Below are positions 1-8,298 of a stretch of DNA of 64,000 nucleotides, piece by piece (position 1 is the stretch's first letter; every line of letters starts with the position of its first letter). The notes beneath the pieces were generated by a model. It saw only the letters and a program-made list of their open reading frames with translations, was not told the DNA's origin and did not search any database. The DNA lies in the IMG/VR virus record IMGVR_UViG_3300042514_001858, positions 1-64,000 of that record, one strand, 5' to 3'. Both the position numbers and the translations under genes were made by a program. This stretch comes from a virus.

Positions 1-120
1 GATTCTTGAAAGAATGTAGCAGCCAATTAAAGCTAATCCAAAAGAAAATAGTCCTGCATTCATAGCTATTCCAATTAGAAACAAAACAAGTCCCAATGCG
101 ATGTAAGGTAATTTAAACAT
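1..120 (-). CDS. small membrane protein (3' end outside window)
   Basis: ATG at 120 lies at the same fixed spacing from the AAAAACTAG motif as other genes; translates MFKLPYIALGLVLFLIGIAMNAGLFSFGLALIGCYILSRI, hydrophobic. Confidence 0.6.
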   Translation of the reverse strand, partial: MFKLPYIALGLVLFLIGIAMNAGLFSFGLALIGCYILSRI

Positions 121-134
121 GGTTCATGTGTGTT

Positions 135-341
135 CTAGTTTTTAATAATATCAATTTCTTCGGAACGTAGGGACTCACCGATGGACAGTTGATGACCTTC
201 GAAGATGTAGCGAGCGTATTCGCCATACTTTTCCATTACGTCTTCAATACTATTAGCTTCCACCCATGTTCTCTTAGTAAGACAATGATGATGCGAGCCT
301 GATTGCCAACGATCCTCCCAAATGACTGTGTATTTTTGCAT
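135..341 (-). CDS. hypothetical phage protein
   Basis: 68-aa ORF; motif promoter upstream; its TAG stop is part of the next motif copy. Confidence 0.7.
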   Translation of the reverse strand: MQKYTVIWEDRWQSGSHHHCLTKRTWVEANSIEDVMEKYGEYARYIFEGHQLSIGESLRSEEIDIIKN

Positions 342-347
342 GAAATA

Positions 348-364
348 ATTGTATTCTAGTTTTT
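348..364 (-). promoter_or_regulatory. AAAAACTAG-NN-TACAAT promoter motif
   Basis: AAAAACTAG AA TACAAT, 6 nt, ATG(341). Confidence 0.75.
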
Positions 365-638
365 AATTGCGTTCTTCTCTAAGTTCGTAGCGCAAATCTT
401 GTAATTTATCTTCAAGTTCAAAGACTTGTTGAGCAAGTGCGGTATTAGCATAACGAAGAACTTCAATGTCTTTTGGCAAGCATGGCAACCCTTCTGCGAG
501 CTTGTCTGCATATGCTGAGAGTTCATTGTAGTCTTCATAGCTTACCCATTCACCAGAGCTATCTGCCTCCATTTCGGCGGAGAAGCAATCAAATTTGCAT
601 TCGCGTAGAATTGGGGTGTATGTTTGGATTTTTTCCAT
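363..638 (-). CDS. hypothetical phage protein (C-terminal coiled coil)
   Basis: 91-aa ORF in co-oriented array. Confidence 0.65.
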   Translation of the reverse strand: MEKIQTYTPILRECKFDCFSAEMEADSSGEWVSYEDYNELSAYADKLAEGLPCLPKDIEVLRYANTALAQQVFELEDKLQDLRYELREERN

Positions 639-668
639 ATTTTATTTTTTAAAATCGATTAAAATTAA

Positions 669-851
669 TTCGCTTCGGAACGGTCTGCGCCAACCTTTTC
701 AGTATCCGAGTTTGAGGAGGATGGAATTTATGCCTGTCATTACTGACTTTTTCCGCGCACCCGAAGGCTCCATTTCTCGATCCCACCAGTCTCCGTGCTA
801 AGTTAATAGTAGAGGGAGGTTCTGGTCATGTATTGATACTGCCGAAGCGAA
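669..851 (-). ncRNA. candidate structured non-coding RNA (~183 nt, unknown family)
   Basis: Perfect 10-bp terminal helix (669-678/842-851), 7-bp helix (700-706/835-841), further short helices, C(UUCG)G and GUAA (GNRA) tetraloops on the minus strand; visibly GC-richer than flanks; no minus-strand ORF. Confidence 0.6.
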
Positions 852-857
852 AAATCG

Positions 858-1025
858 TTATTTGGAATGGTTACGTTGATTACCTTTGCGGCTTCTGTGT
901 TTGCTCTCAGGGGCATCCCATCGAGTGTCACAAGCTTTGCCCTCAAAAATACGAGTGCCATTGTTGTTTTGATCTTTCTTGCTTGCGAATCCCGCAGCTT
1001 TAGCTTGTCGTGTGTTTTTGTTCAT
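858..1025 (-). CDS. small basic protein (55 aa)
   Basis: Own translation MNKNTRQAKAAGFASKKDQNNNGTRIFEGKACDTRWDAPESKHRSRKGNQRNHSK; below the ORF-track cutoff; co-oriented with neighbours. Confidence 0.6.
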   Translation of the reverse strand: MNKNTRQAKAAGFASKKDQNNNGTRIFEGKACDTRWDAPESKHRSRKGNQRNHSK

Positions 1026-1075
1026 TTTGTTTTGTATTTTTATTTGTTTTGTGTTTTTATTTGCTAAATATTATT

Positions 1076-1822
1076 ATGATTAAAGTATATGATACGTTTG
1101 AGAAAAAATCAATAGTCATGAATGATCCTTATGAATTTTTGAAAGAATATGGTTATTATAATTATAAAAATAGAAAAACTATATTTTTCTTCGCCACTAG
1201 AACCAAATATTGTTTGCATAGATTTATCAAAGAAGATTTTATTCATAAAATGTTTATCATGTATTGTATTGATGATGGTAGAGAGTATCACGGTGTTTCG
1301 TCTAATGGTTTTTTAATCCAAATTGGTGAGGAATGTTCGAGGTCTAATATTCATGAAATTAATAGAATTAGGTGTGGTGTTAGAACTACAATATCATTTT
1401 CGCAAAAAACATATTGTCTCAAAAAGAATAAAGATTCGATAAACAATCTCATGATAAGTAAGTATAAAGATTCTCATTTATATAGAACAAAATCAAAAGA
1501 TGTAAAAATACAAAGAAAAATTTCAAACTTACTTCGAGATAGAATAAGGTGTGCAATGAAGAGGAGTATCGCCAAGAAATCGGAGAAAACAATGGATTTG
1601 ATCGGTTGTTCGATTTCATTTTTAATGAATTATCTGGAAGAAAAGTTTCAAGAAGGTATGACTTGGGATAATCAGGGTAAATGGCATATTGATCATATTG
1701 TTCCATGTGCCTCTTTTAATTTATCAAATCCAGAAGAACAGAAAGTATGTTTCCACTACACCAACTTACAGCCTTTATGGGCGTTGGATAATATGCGAAA
1801 GGGTTCTAAAATTTTGAAATGA
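1076..1822 (+). CDS. HNH homing endonuclease
   Basis: WHIDHIVP...HYTNLQPLWALDNMRKG HNH motif; antisense to neighbours; start moved to ATG 1076, 5 nt after TAAATA. Confidence 0.8.
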   Translation: MIKVYDTFEKKSIVMNDPYEFLKEYGYYNYKNRKTIFFFATRTKYCLHRFIKEDFIHKMFIMYCIDDGREYHGVSSNGFLIQIGEECSRSNIHEINRIRCGVRTTISFSQKTYCLKKNKDSINNLMISKYKDSHLYRTKSKDVKIQRKISNLLRDRIRCAMKRSIAKKSEKTMDLIGCSISFLMNYLEEKFQEGMTWDNQGKWHIDHIVPCASFNLSNPEEQKVCFHYTNLQPLWALDNMRKGSKILK

Positions 1823-1871
1823 TTTAGTATTGCGATTTGCCATATATATTATTTTGTTGTGTTGTTATTGT

Positions 1872-2069
1872 TCAAGCCATGTTATCACGAATTCTCATAA
1901 GTGTCAAGCGTTGATCGAGTTGTTCGTCAATCATTTTCATCCATTTATTTTTTTTATCCTCACTAGCATCTTGCCAAGATTCACGAAGAATAGAAAGCTT
2001 TTCATCAATTTTTCGAATGGAAGATTGATTTTCGTCTGCATCGTATTGTTCTTTTAATTTTGTTACCAT
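1872..2069 (-). CDS. hypothetical protein
   Basis: 65-aa helical ORF downstream of motif copy at 2100. Confidence 0.6.
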   Translation of the reverse strand: MVTKLKEQYDADENQSSIRKIDEKLSILRESWQDASEDKKNKWMKMIDEQLDQRLTLMRIRDNMA

Positions 2070-2099
2070 TTTAATTCGTTGTCAGGTGTTTAGTATGTT

Positions 2100-2684
2100 C
2101 TAGTTTTTAATATCTCGGATGATAAGTTCACAATTTTTAACGTTGGGAATTGTATCGAAGTCTTCCACACTCACGTTGTCAATGATCATCAGCATTGTCT
2201 TGATAAATTCACCATGAGACACGATAACAGCAGTGTCAGCAGTGTCAGCCGCTTGAGTCTTCAACCAATTCAGAAAGATGAATGCTCTCTGATGGCAATC
2301 AGCGAATGATTCCCCACCATCAGGACGACGATAGAAGTCAAACAGGTGTTTGCGTTCTTCTCTATTTTTACAGGCTTCATATTCATTTCGAAGATTACCC
2401 CACTCACGTTCGCGAATCAAGACATGCTCTTCTTTATAAAATGGAATATAGAGAGGAAAGTGTGTATTGATAATTTTCATTGTCTCTTTTGCTCGCACAT
2501 AAGGACTATGAATCAATAAAAATTCACTTGATGAGAGAAGCTCTGCACGAATCTCTTGCCCAACTTTATTTGCTTGCTCTTTACCCTTTTCTGTTAGAGG
2601 AACAGACCAATCAGGCATTTTGAAATACACTGACTTGTTGATATTACCCTCTGACTGACCATGGCGTGTGATTAATAATTTCAT
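2100..2684 (-). CDS. histidine phosphatase (phosphoglycerate mutase-like) family protein
   Basis: RHGQSEGN, SPYVRAKET, GES and VSHG motifs. Confidence 0.9.
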   Translation of the reverse strand: MKLLITRHGQSEGNINKSVYFKMPDWSVPLTEKGKEQANKVGQEIRAELLSSSEFLLIHSPYVRAKETMKIINTHFPLYIPFYKEEHVLIREREWGNLRNEYEACKNREERKHLFDFYRRPDGGESFADCHQRAFIFLNWLKTQAADTADTAVIVSHGEFIKTMLMIIDNVSVEDFDTIPNVKNCELIIRDIKN

Positions 2685-3691
2685 AATTGTGAGATTTTAT
2701 TTTGAAACCATCTGGCTATTTTTTTAGAACAAGCAGCACCAAATTCTTTTCGGGAAATATCCGAAGCTCTAATAGAATCGCCTTCCTCTTCCCAACAATC
2801 TTCAATTACCAAACGCACAAAATCTCCGATCTTTTGAGGAACTTTATCGGCTTCTGCCAGAACGATTTTATCGTAAATTTGTTGTAATCTATCTTCATGA
2901 CAATGAGTATCGACAGCTTCTTGGATAGAGTCTAATTTTTGAACGTCAACCGTAGGGAGCTTTTTAATTTTGGAAATGGTGTGTTTCTCATCTTTTGTTT
3001 TAAATGCTGACGAATACCCGAAAGTGTTTGAAATGCGCCACACCAATCCTTCTCCTACTCCAGATACCCCAAATTCTTTTGCAAATGGACACTCATTTCC
3101 AATTTCCGTTGTCCATTGCGTCATTTGTTCAATAGCCTTATCAGGACGATTCAAATCAATATCAATTTCATATTTATGATAATCATCGATATTATACACA
3201 TGGATAGAATGATCTCGAATACCAGAAGAATCTAGCCATTGTGTGGTGTCATCTTCGAGAACTACTTTAAGACCGAAAATAACAAATCTTTTGGTCAATT
3301 GATTCAGAGCAACCCCTTTTTGGATAGAACCGCCACACCATTCACCGAACAAAATCACATATTTCACATTGTCTTGGAAATATGTTTTGATTCGATCCCA
3401 AATACCTTTTCCATCTTTGTTCACCCAATGAGCGAATCCAGCATTATCTTGAATCTCGCTAATAATATTTTCTCTTGATTGACAATAGAAAGAACCTTCT
3501 CGACTAAAAACAATGGCAGCATTAGTACCATGTAGCTTAACTCGTCCTTCAAATTTAATAATATGCCAAGTATCAGGCTCTTTATAGATTGGTTCGTCGT
3601 TCTCGTCTTGCCCAACATAGGAAATTTGTAATTTAATATCACGGAGAACTTGATGATATTGTTTAATTTTTGGGAATGTATAGTGTTTCAT
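2681..3691 (-). CDS. RNA ligase, Rnl2-like family
   Basis: Motif I KLHGTNA, FGEWCG, GEGLVW, FKTK nucleotidyltransferase motifs. Confidence 0.8.
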   Translation of the reverse strand: MKHYTFPKIKQYHQVLRDIKLQISYVGQDENDEPIYKEPDTWHIIKFEGRVKLHGTNAAIVFSREGSFYCQSRENIISEIQDNAGFAHWVNKDGKGIWDRIKTYFQDNVKYVILFGEWCGGSIQKGVALNQLTKRFVIFGLKVVLEDDTTQWLDSSGIRDHSIHVYNIDDYHKYEIDIDLNRPDKAIEQMTQWTTEIGNECPFAKEFGVSGVGEGLVWRISNTFGYSSAFKTKDEKHTISKIKKLPTVDVQKLDSIQEAVDTHCHEDRLQQIYDKIVLAEADKVPQKIGDFVRLVIEDCWEEEGDSIRASDISRKEFGAACSKKIARWFQNKISQL

Positions 3692-3774
3692 TATTTATTT
3701 TTTAAGTAGTTTATAAAGGATATAAATTCCTGTTGCGTATAGTAACACAAGAGTAATGGTTGTCAATATTTTTT

Positions 3775-4731
3775 TCATTTCGTCAATTCTTTATGCAATT
3801 TCTGACACTCTTGAGCGATCTTCCACACAGCATTCACACCACGACCGAACTTCTGAAGCTTACCCTCTCCAACCATCTCACGCACGATGTTGCCAGCAGT
3901 TTGACCTGACACGTTCAGCTTATCACAGATACGATCTAATGTCAAGTGAGGGGGTTCATCCATAGCAAGAATTTCTTCTTTACGCTTGTCGTTAGCAGGT
4001 TCTTTAGATTTCTTTTCTTTGACTTCCTCAGTAGGAGCATTGTAAAGACCTTTGAAATCAAAACCATTGGCATTCATCATAGCCATGTGAGTCTTAGTCT
4101 CACCGAAGCGATTCTTGTATACATTGAAAATACGTAGGGCATTGTCTTCAGGATCAACAGTGATTTTCAGATTCACATCGACGGCATGAATAATATCAGT
4201 ACCACCTTTTGGAAGACCTTGAGTTGTAACATGGAGAACGAATACCAATACACAACCAGTTTCTTTAGCAGTGGAGAGAAGCAAGTCTTGAGCATATTGA
4301 TAGAACTCTCGCTTCTTCATGTTCTTGTTAGAGCGAAGAGCTTGAAAGCTATCAACGACCATCATGTCATAGGAATCCATGGCAGCAGCGATTTCTTCCA
4401 CATCCTTGATGTGAGCTACATCCACATCAGTAACACCTAAACGCTTACAAGCATATGCGATTTGAATGTGAGACTCTTCGCCAGATGCTACTGCCACACG
4501 CTTACCTTGATTTGTAAGCAATTGGGCAATCTGTAAAAGTGCGGTAGATTTCCCCGTACCTCCTGGAGCGCAGATGGTGATGGCACTACCTGCCATGAAT
4601 CCTTTGAATTGTTCAGTGCCAAACATAGTGTCGATCTCATCGTTACCAGTTGACATGCGATTGTAGAACGCATCTGGAATTTCAATGGATGAGCATTTGG
4701 CGAATTTTGTTTCTAAAGTGTTAAGTTGCAT
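3775..4731 (-). CDS. RadA/Sms-like RecA-fold ATPase with putative C-terminal winged-helix
   Basis: Walker A GGTGKST, SGEES, VVDSFQ Walker B, KNRFG RadA signature; lacks N-terminal Zn finger and Lon domain. Confidence 0.8.
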   Translation of the reverse strand: MQLNTLETKFAKCSSIEIPDAFYNRMSTGNDEIDTMFGTEQFKGFMAGSAITICAPGGTGKSTALLQIAQLLTNQGKRVAVASGEESHIQIAYACKRLGVTDVDVAHIKDVEEIAAAMDSYDMMVVDSFQALRSNKNMKKREFYQYAQDLLLSTAKETGCVLVFVLHVTTQGLPKGGTDIIHAVDVNLKITVDPEDNALRIFNVYKNRFGETKTHMAMMNANGFDFKGLYNAPTEEVKEKKSKEPANDKRKEEILAMDEPPHLTLDRICDKLNVSGQTAGNIVREMVGEGKLQKFGRGVNAVWKIAQECQKLHKELTK

Positions 4732-4737
4732 GTCGTG

Positions 4738-4754
4738 AGTGTATTCTAGTTTTT
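4738..4754 (-). promoter_or_regulatory. AAAAACTAG-NN-TACACT promoter motif
   Basis: 6 nt to ATG(4731). Confidence 0.75.
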
Positions 4755-5120
4755 AATAAGTTCGGAGTTTTCGTTAATATTGCCAATAATTTCAATGTTT
4801 TCGCCGCTCCACAACCCTCTGATATCGCAAGAATTGATATAAGTTAGATAATTACCATCATCGAAAATCACATGCGCTATGAAATTTTCATTCGAATATT
4901 CATCAGATGTAGCTTTTACAATATCTCCACAATAAATTTCTTCATTATTTTTGTCTTTCGTACCAGTCCATTGTTCGATTTTTTGATTTGGAATATCTCC
5001 CAACACTCCATAAGACTCCAAAGACCTCGCTTCAAAATCACCGTCATCAGTTGGAAATAGACAGAATGAATCTTGTGGTAGATATTTTTTACCGTTCCAA
5101 ACTCTAAATTTTAATTGCAT
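4746..5120 (-). CDS. YopX family protein
   Basis: LKFRVW...QWTGTKDKNNEEIYCGDIV...IIGNINENSEL; start trimmed to MQLKFRVW. Confidence 0.85.
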   Translation of the reverse strand: MQLKFRVWNGKKYLPQDSFCLFPTDDGDFEARSLESYGVLGDIPNQKIEQWTGTKDKNNEEIYCGDIVKATSDEYSNENFIAHVIFDDGNYLTYINSCDIRGLWSGENIEIIGNINENSELIKN

Positions 5121-5125
5121 AATAT

Positions 5126-5392
5126 TTAATATAAATTTTCTGAAAAAAGTGTTCCATCCACAGAGCATTTTCTTCTAATCTGTCCTGCAAGTTGTGCTAT
5201 AATCCAAGCATCTTGTCGATTAATGAATAAACCCGTTTGATCAACGAATCCTTGTTCTTTGACTCGCGTGTGGTATTTCTCACCATAAGCTTTTTCCAGC
5301 GTTTTTCGCATCTCAGGAGAATAATGACGAACACCGACGATGACATCCCCGTCATCCATGAGCATTGCAGCGGCAACAATAAGTCTTTCCAT
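5126..5392 (-). CDS. conserved hypothetical phage protein
   Basis: GVRH...QGFVDQTGLFINRQDAW...LFSENLY pattern typical of phage proteins; motif promoter upstream. Confidence 0.7.
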   Translation of the reverse strand: MERLIVAAAMLMDDGDVIVGVRHYSPEMRKTLEKAYGEKYHTRVKEQGFVDQTGLFINRQDAWIIAQLAGQIRRKCSVDGTLFSENLY

Positions 5393-5398
5393 GGCGTA

Positions 5399-5415
5399 AG
5401 TGTATTCTAGTTTTT
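5399..5415 (-). promoter_or_regulatory. AAAAACTAG-NN-TACACT promoter motif
   Basis: 6 nt to ATG(5392). Confidence 0.75.
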
Positions 5416-5683
5416 AATCTTCTTTTTCGAAACATAATCCACCCAACCATCCTGATCCAGATAAACAATACCTATGAGGATGATAATAGAAAGATGTAAA
5501 CCAGTCCCAATCAGAACTATTTGATTCAAAATCATCCATCCACTCCATCCCCTCAATTTCTTCAATACTACTGATTAATTCATAAAGAGGAAAATGAAAA
5601 TCCTTTTCCAACCAACCCTCACCACCTGTTTCCAAGGTGTGTAAGATCTTGGGGATTACCAATTCTTTAATTTTCTGTTTCAT
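5414..5683 (-). CDS. hypothetical protein
   Basis: 89-aa acidic ORF between two motif copies. Confidence 0.65.
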   Translation of the reverse strand: MKQKIKELVIPKILHTLETGGEGWLEKDFHFPLYELISSIEEIEGMEWMDDFESNSSDWDWFTSFYYHPHRYCLSGSGWLGGLCFEKED

Positions 5684-5693
5684 AGCCTAGTTT

Positions 5694-6128
5694 TTAAACG
5701 TAGTCCTCTTCTTTACCATAGGAAGAAAACGATGGTTCATTAAAGTCAATTCTACCATCATCGTAACCTTTCTCGTAACCAGAGCCAAAGGATTCATGTC
5801 CAATGGTTTCCAGCAAGTCAGTGATGTCATTTTGGTCTTCTTGGTTGATTTGATATTTACCAAGAATGTTTTCAATTTGTTTATGGATGTTCATAGGTTC
5901 TTGTTTTCTTGTTATGTCGATTTCTATTTTATCATCATGAAATTTGATAATACCATCTTTCACTAATTTGTCAGTGATTTCACCGCACTTCGGATTATCT
6001 CCCCATTGTTCTCTAGTTTTTAAAGAGAGATTTGGGGAGGCAAAGATCATACTTATTGTGGCGATTTCTTCAAGAGAGAATCTACCATCAAAAAGTTCCA
6101 GAGGTATTGTAATATTATTATTTTGCAT
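5694..6128 (-). CDS. hypothetical protein
   Basis: 144-aa ORF; contains an internal motif copy at 6013. Confidence 0.65.
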   Translation of the reverse strand: MQNNNITIPLELFDGRFSLEEIATISMIFASPNLSLKTREQWGDNPKCGEITDKLVKDGIIKFHDDKIEIDITRKQEPMNIHKQIENILGKYQINQEDQNDITDLLETIGHESFGSGYEKGYDDGRIDFNEPSFSSYGKEEDYV

Positions 6129-6360
6129 ATTTTTCGCTGATTATCTTAGTGGCATCCCACCAATCTGTCAAGTCATTATTTTCGCTAATTAGGTGCATGG
6201 AATATTTCTCTTTATCTGTATATGATCGAGAGCATAAAATAATATCCTCTCGACCACAAAGCATCAAGGTTTCTTCCATGAGGTATTGATATTCAGGATC
6301 ATAATCAAGAACAGCAGTCCCCCCCAATTCCATTGGTAACATATTAAGCTTGTAATCCAT
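6118..6360 (-). CDS. hypothetical protein
   Basis: 80-aa ORF overlapping neighbours. Confidence 0.6.
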   Translation of the reverse strand: MDYKLNMLPMELGGTAVLDYDPEYQYLMEETLMLCGREDIILCSRSYTDKEKYSMHLISENNDLTDWWDATKIISEKYAK

Positions 6361-6661
6361 CTAAGTATACTCCCAATGTTTCAATTTTAAAAATACCCAT
6401 CAAATTAGTTTGACTAGCAGACCGATAGAAATTACCGCTTTTAAATCCAGAATTACCCCCATATACGAATGCCACTGCATTTGATTTAACACGTTGATAA
6501 AATTCTGGTAATTCTTTTGATACTCCAACATCCACCAAAAATTGTGCTAATCTTTGAATGGCATCATCAGAGGATTTTGTAGCACCGATAAACACAAACC
6601 CAAGATTATCATTATGATAATACTTGAGTTCATGAATAGGCAATGTTTTTTCGGGAATCAT
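6344..6661 (-). CDS. hypothetical protein
   Basis: 105-aa ORF, ATGA overlap with upstream gene. Confidence 0.65.
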   Translation of the reverse strand: MIPEKTLPIHELKYYHNDNLGFVFIGATKSSDDAIQRLAQFLVDVGVSKELPEFYQRVKSNAVAFVYGGNSGFKSGNFYRSASQTNLMGIFKIETLGVYLDGLQA

Positions 6662-6864
6662 TTTTTAAAAAATAAAAATATAATACCAGTTACGATCAAA
6701 ATAGCGACCAGCAACAAAAAAGAAATCCAGATAGGGGAAAGAACCCACCACCATGACCACGCAATTACTCCCATTAATTTCAGAACTATGAATGCCACAG
6801 TCAAAAGACCCGCAAATCCAATTCCACCATTACTATTATTATTACTATTACTATTATTACTCAT
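6658..6864 (-). CDS. small two-TM phage membrane protein
   Basis: GGIGFAGLLTVAFIVLKLMGVIAWSWWWVLSPIW pattern; Asn/Ser-rich N-terminus. Confidence 0.8.
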   Translation of the reverse strand: MSNNSNSNNNSNGGIGFAGLLTVAFIVLKLMGVIAWSWWWVLSPIWISFLLLVAILIVTGIIFLFFKK

Positions 6865-6865
6865 A

Positions 6866-7126
6866 TTATTGTTTGAAGTATTTGTTAGCGCGGGTTTTCA
6901 TATGTTCAATTGCTTCACTCACCGATTTAAGGCGATTATCAACTTTAGGCAATTGAAATTCATTTGCATTTGCTCGCGCCACAGCAATTTTGATACCAAG
7001 CTCACGATCCCATTTGTCGATAGGATTGTGGAGAGAGTATCCATAATGAATTTTTTCATCTTGTTTAAATGCCACAACGACTCCGTGTGGTTTCCGATCT
7101 GCGTTTCTGATATAATTAATTAACAT
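6866..7126 (-). CDS. hypothetical phage protein
   Basis: 86-aa ORF downstream of motif copy at 7144. Confidence 0.7.
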   Translation of the reverse strand: MLINYIRNADRKPHGVVVAFKQDEKIHYGYSLHNPIDKWDRELGIKIAVARANANEFQLPKVDNRLKSVSEAIEHMKTRANKYFKQ

Positions 7127-7135
7127 TGTCTGTAT

Positions 7136-7152
7136 AGTGTATTCTAGTTTTT
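7136..7152 (-). promoter_or_regulatory. AAAAACTAG-NN-TACACT promoter motif
   Basis: 9 nt to ATG(7126). Confidence 0.7.
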
Positions 7153-7456
7153 AAAAGTCAAGTTTCATTTGATTGAGGTCTTCAGGTTTTGGTCTTACTG
7201 GAAAGTATTCTGTCGCATCATAAACCTCGTAGAACTTAGCGGTTTCTTGTGATGTTTTCCGAATAGAATTGGTATCCAAATCATCAGCCCATCCAAAATC
7301 GTCCCAATCACTTTCTTCAAGCGTTTCTTTGGCTACTTCGGAAATCAATCTACTATCTCTCGATGTAATCTCTTCGCCTTTTGGGACTTTGATATAGACC
7401 TCGGAGTAAGATTTTTTAATCACCTCCACAATATAGTAATCATGTTCTTCTTCCAT
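7151..7456 (-). CDS. hypothetical acidic protein
   Basis: 101-aa ORF. Confidence 0.65.
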   Translation of the reverse strand: MEEEHDYYIVEVIKKSYSEVYIKVPKGEEITSRDSRLISEVAKETLEESDWDDFGWADDLDTNSIRKTSQETAKFYEVYDATEYFPVRPKPEDLNQMKLDF

Positions 7457-7624
7457 ATTTTATTATTTTTTGGGTTTATGTTCGTCACTTGCAGCTTTAC
7501 ATATAGCAATCACCGCAAGCAAAAAAAGACAGTAAAAGATGAATAGTATAGTATACCACATATTTTTTTATTTTTGATTATCTACGTTTTTCGTTGTTTC
7601 GAATTTTGAGCGCAATGCTTCATA

Positions 7625-8065
7625 TTATTTGATTGTAATCATTTTCGGCCAATATAATACGTGTTTTGTTCCTGATTTACCAGACGACCCAATGGTGATA
7701 TGTAGTCCACGATAGCCATCGTTCTCCATGATATTAAGGTCTTTTTTCATATTGTCAATGGTTTCCGAATAAACTTTCAGATAAAACATAATAAATCCTT
7801 TGGTATATCCACCCCGAATCATATATGGATCATACTGAAAATCTACACGTTCTCCATCGTAATACACAGCACGTTGCCAATTGACATCTTTGTGAAATTT
7901 GGGATTGGTGATGGTGATGTGAGCATTATGTAAAGGACGTTGTAGGAGAATCCAATATTTTTTCGATAGATGCCAGTGGTAATAATCAATAATATCGGGA
8001 GAAGTCTCAACGACGATGCGTTGTTTATCTCTTTCTACTTTAATTACCCCACTGGCATTGATCAT
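7625..8065 (-). CDS. 2H phosphoesterase family protein
   Basis: Two HxT motifs (NAHITIT, GLHITIG) about 75 aa apart. Confidence 0.7.
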   Translation of the reverse strand: MINASGVIKVERDKQRIVVETSPDIIDYYHWHLSKKYWILLQRPLHNAHITITNPKFHKDVNWQRAVYYDGERVDFQYDPYMIRGGYTKGFIMFYLKVYSETIDNMKKDLNIMENDGYRGLHITIGSSGKSGTKHVLYWPKMITIK

Positions 8066-8071
8066 GCACCG

Positions 8072-8088
8072 ATTGTAATCTAGTTTTT
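8072..8088 (-). promoter_or_regulatory. AAAAACTAG-NN-TACAAT promoter motif
   Basis: 6 nt to ATG(8065). Confidence 0.75.
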
Positions 8089-8296
8089 AATTTAATTCTT
8101 CCCACCGATTTTTAGCTGCTTTCAAACACTTAATAATTCTCTTCAATGTTTCAATATCTTTAATTTCGCCATCATTCGGCAATCCAGAGATAAGCACAAA
8201 ACATTTATTTTCTTTGACAAGTGTGACCTCAAAATTGATGAGTTTATTATCGTTATATGTTTTAAATACAATTTCTTCGCTAATTTCTTCTTCCAT
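8087..8296 (-). CDS. hypothetical protein
   Basis: 69-aa ORF. Confidence 0.6.
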   Translation of the reverse strand: MEEEISEEIVFKTYNDNKLINFEVTLVKENKCFVLISGLPNDGEIKDIETLKRIIKCLKAAKNRWEELN

Positions 8297-8298
8297 AA

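Noticed and set aside
669-851. Interpretation as tRNA, tmRNA, 6S or a known riboswitch/hammerhead
   Set aside because: No cloverleaf/TTCRA-CCA, no tag ORF, branched rather than rod-like, no CUGAUGA/GAAA core or recognised aptamer consensus; left as unknown ncRNA
595-1067. Plus-strand ORFs 595..801 and 867..1067
   Set aside because: Overlap the structured RNA candidate and the minus-strand basic peptide; no start signals
2227-2250. Short tandem duplications (cagcagtgt x2 here; gttatggcga x2 at ~14540)
   Set aside because: Simple slippage-type duplications with no evident function
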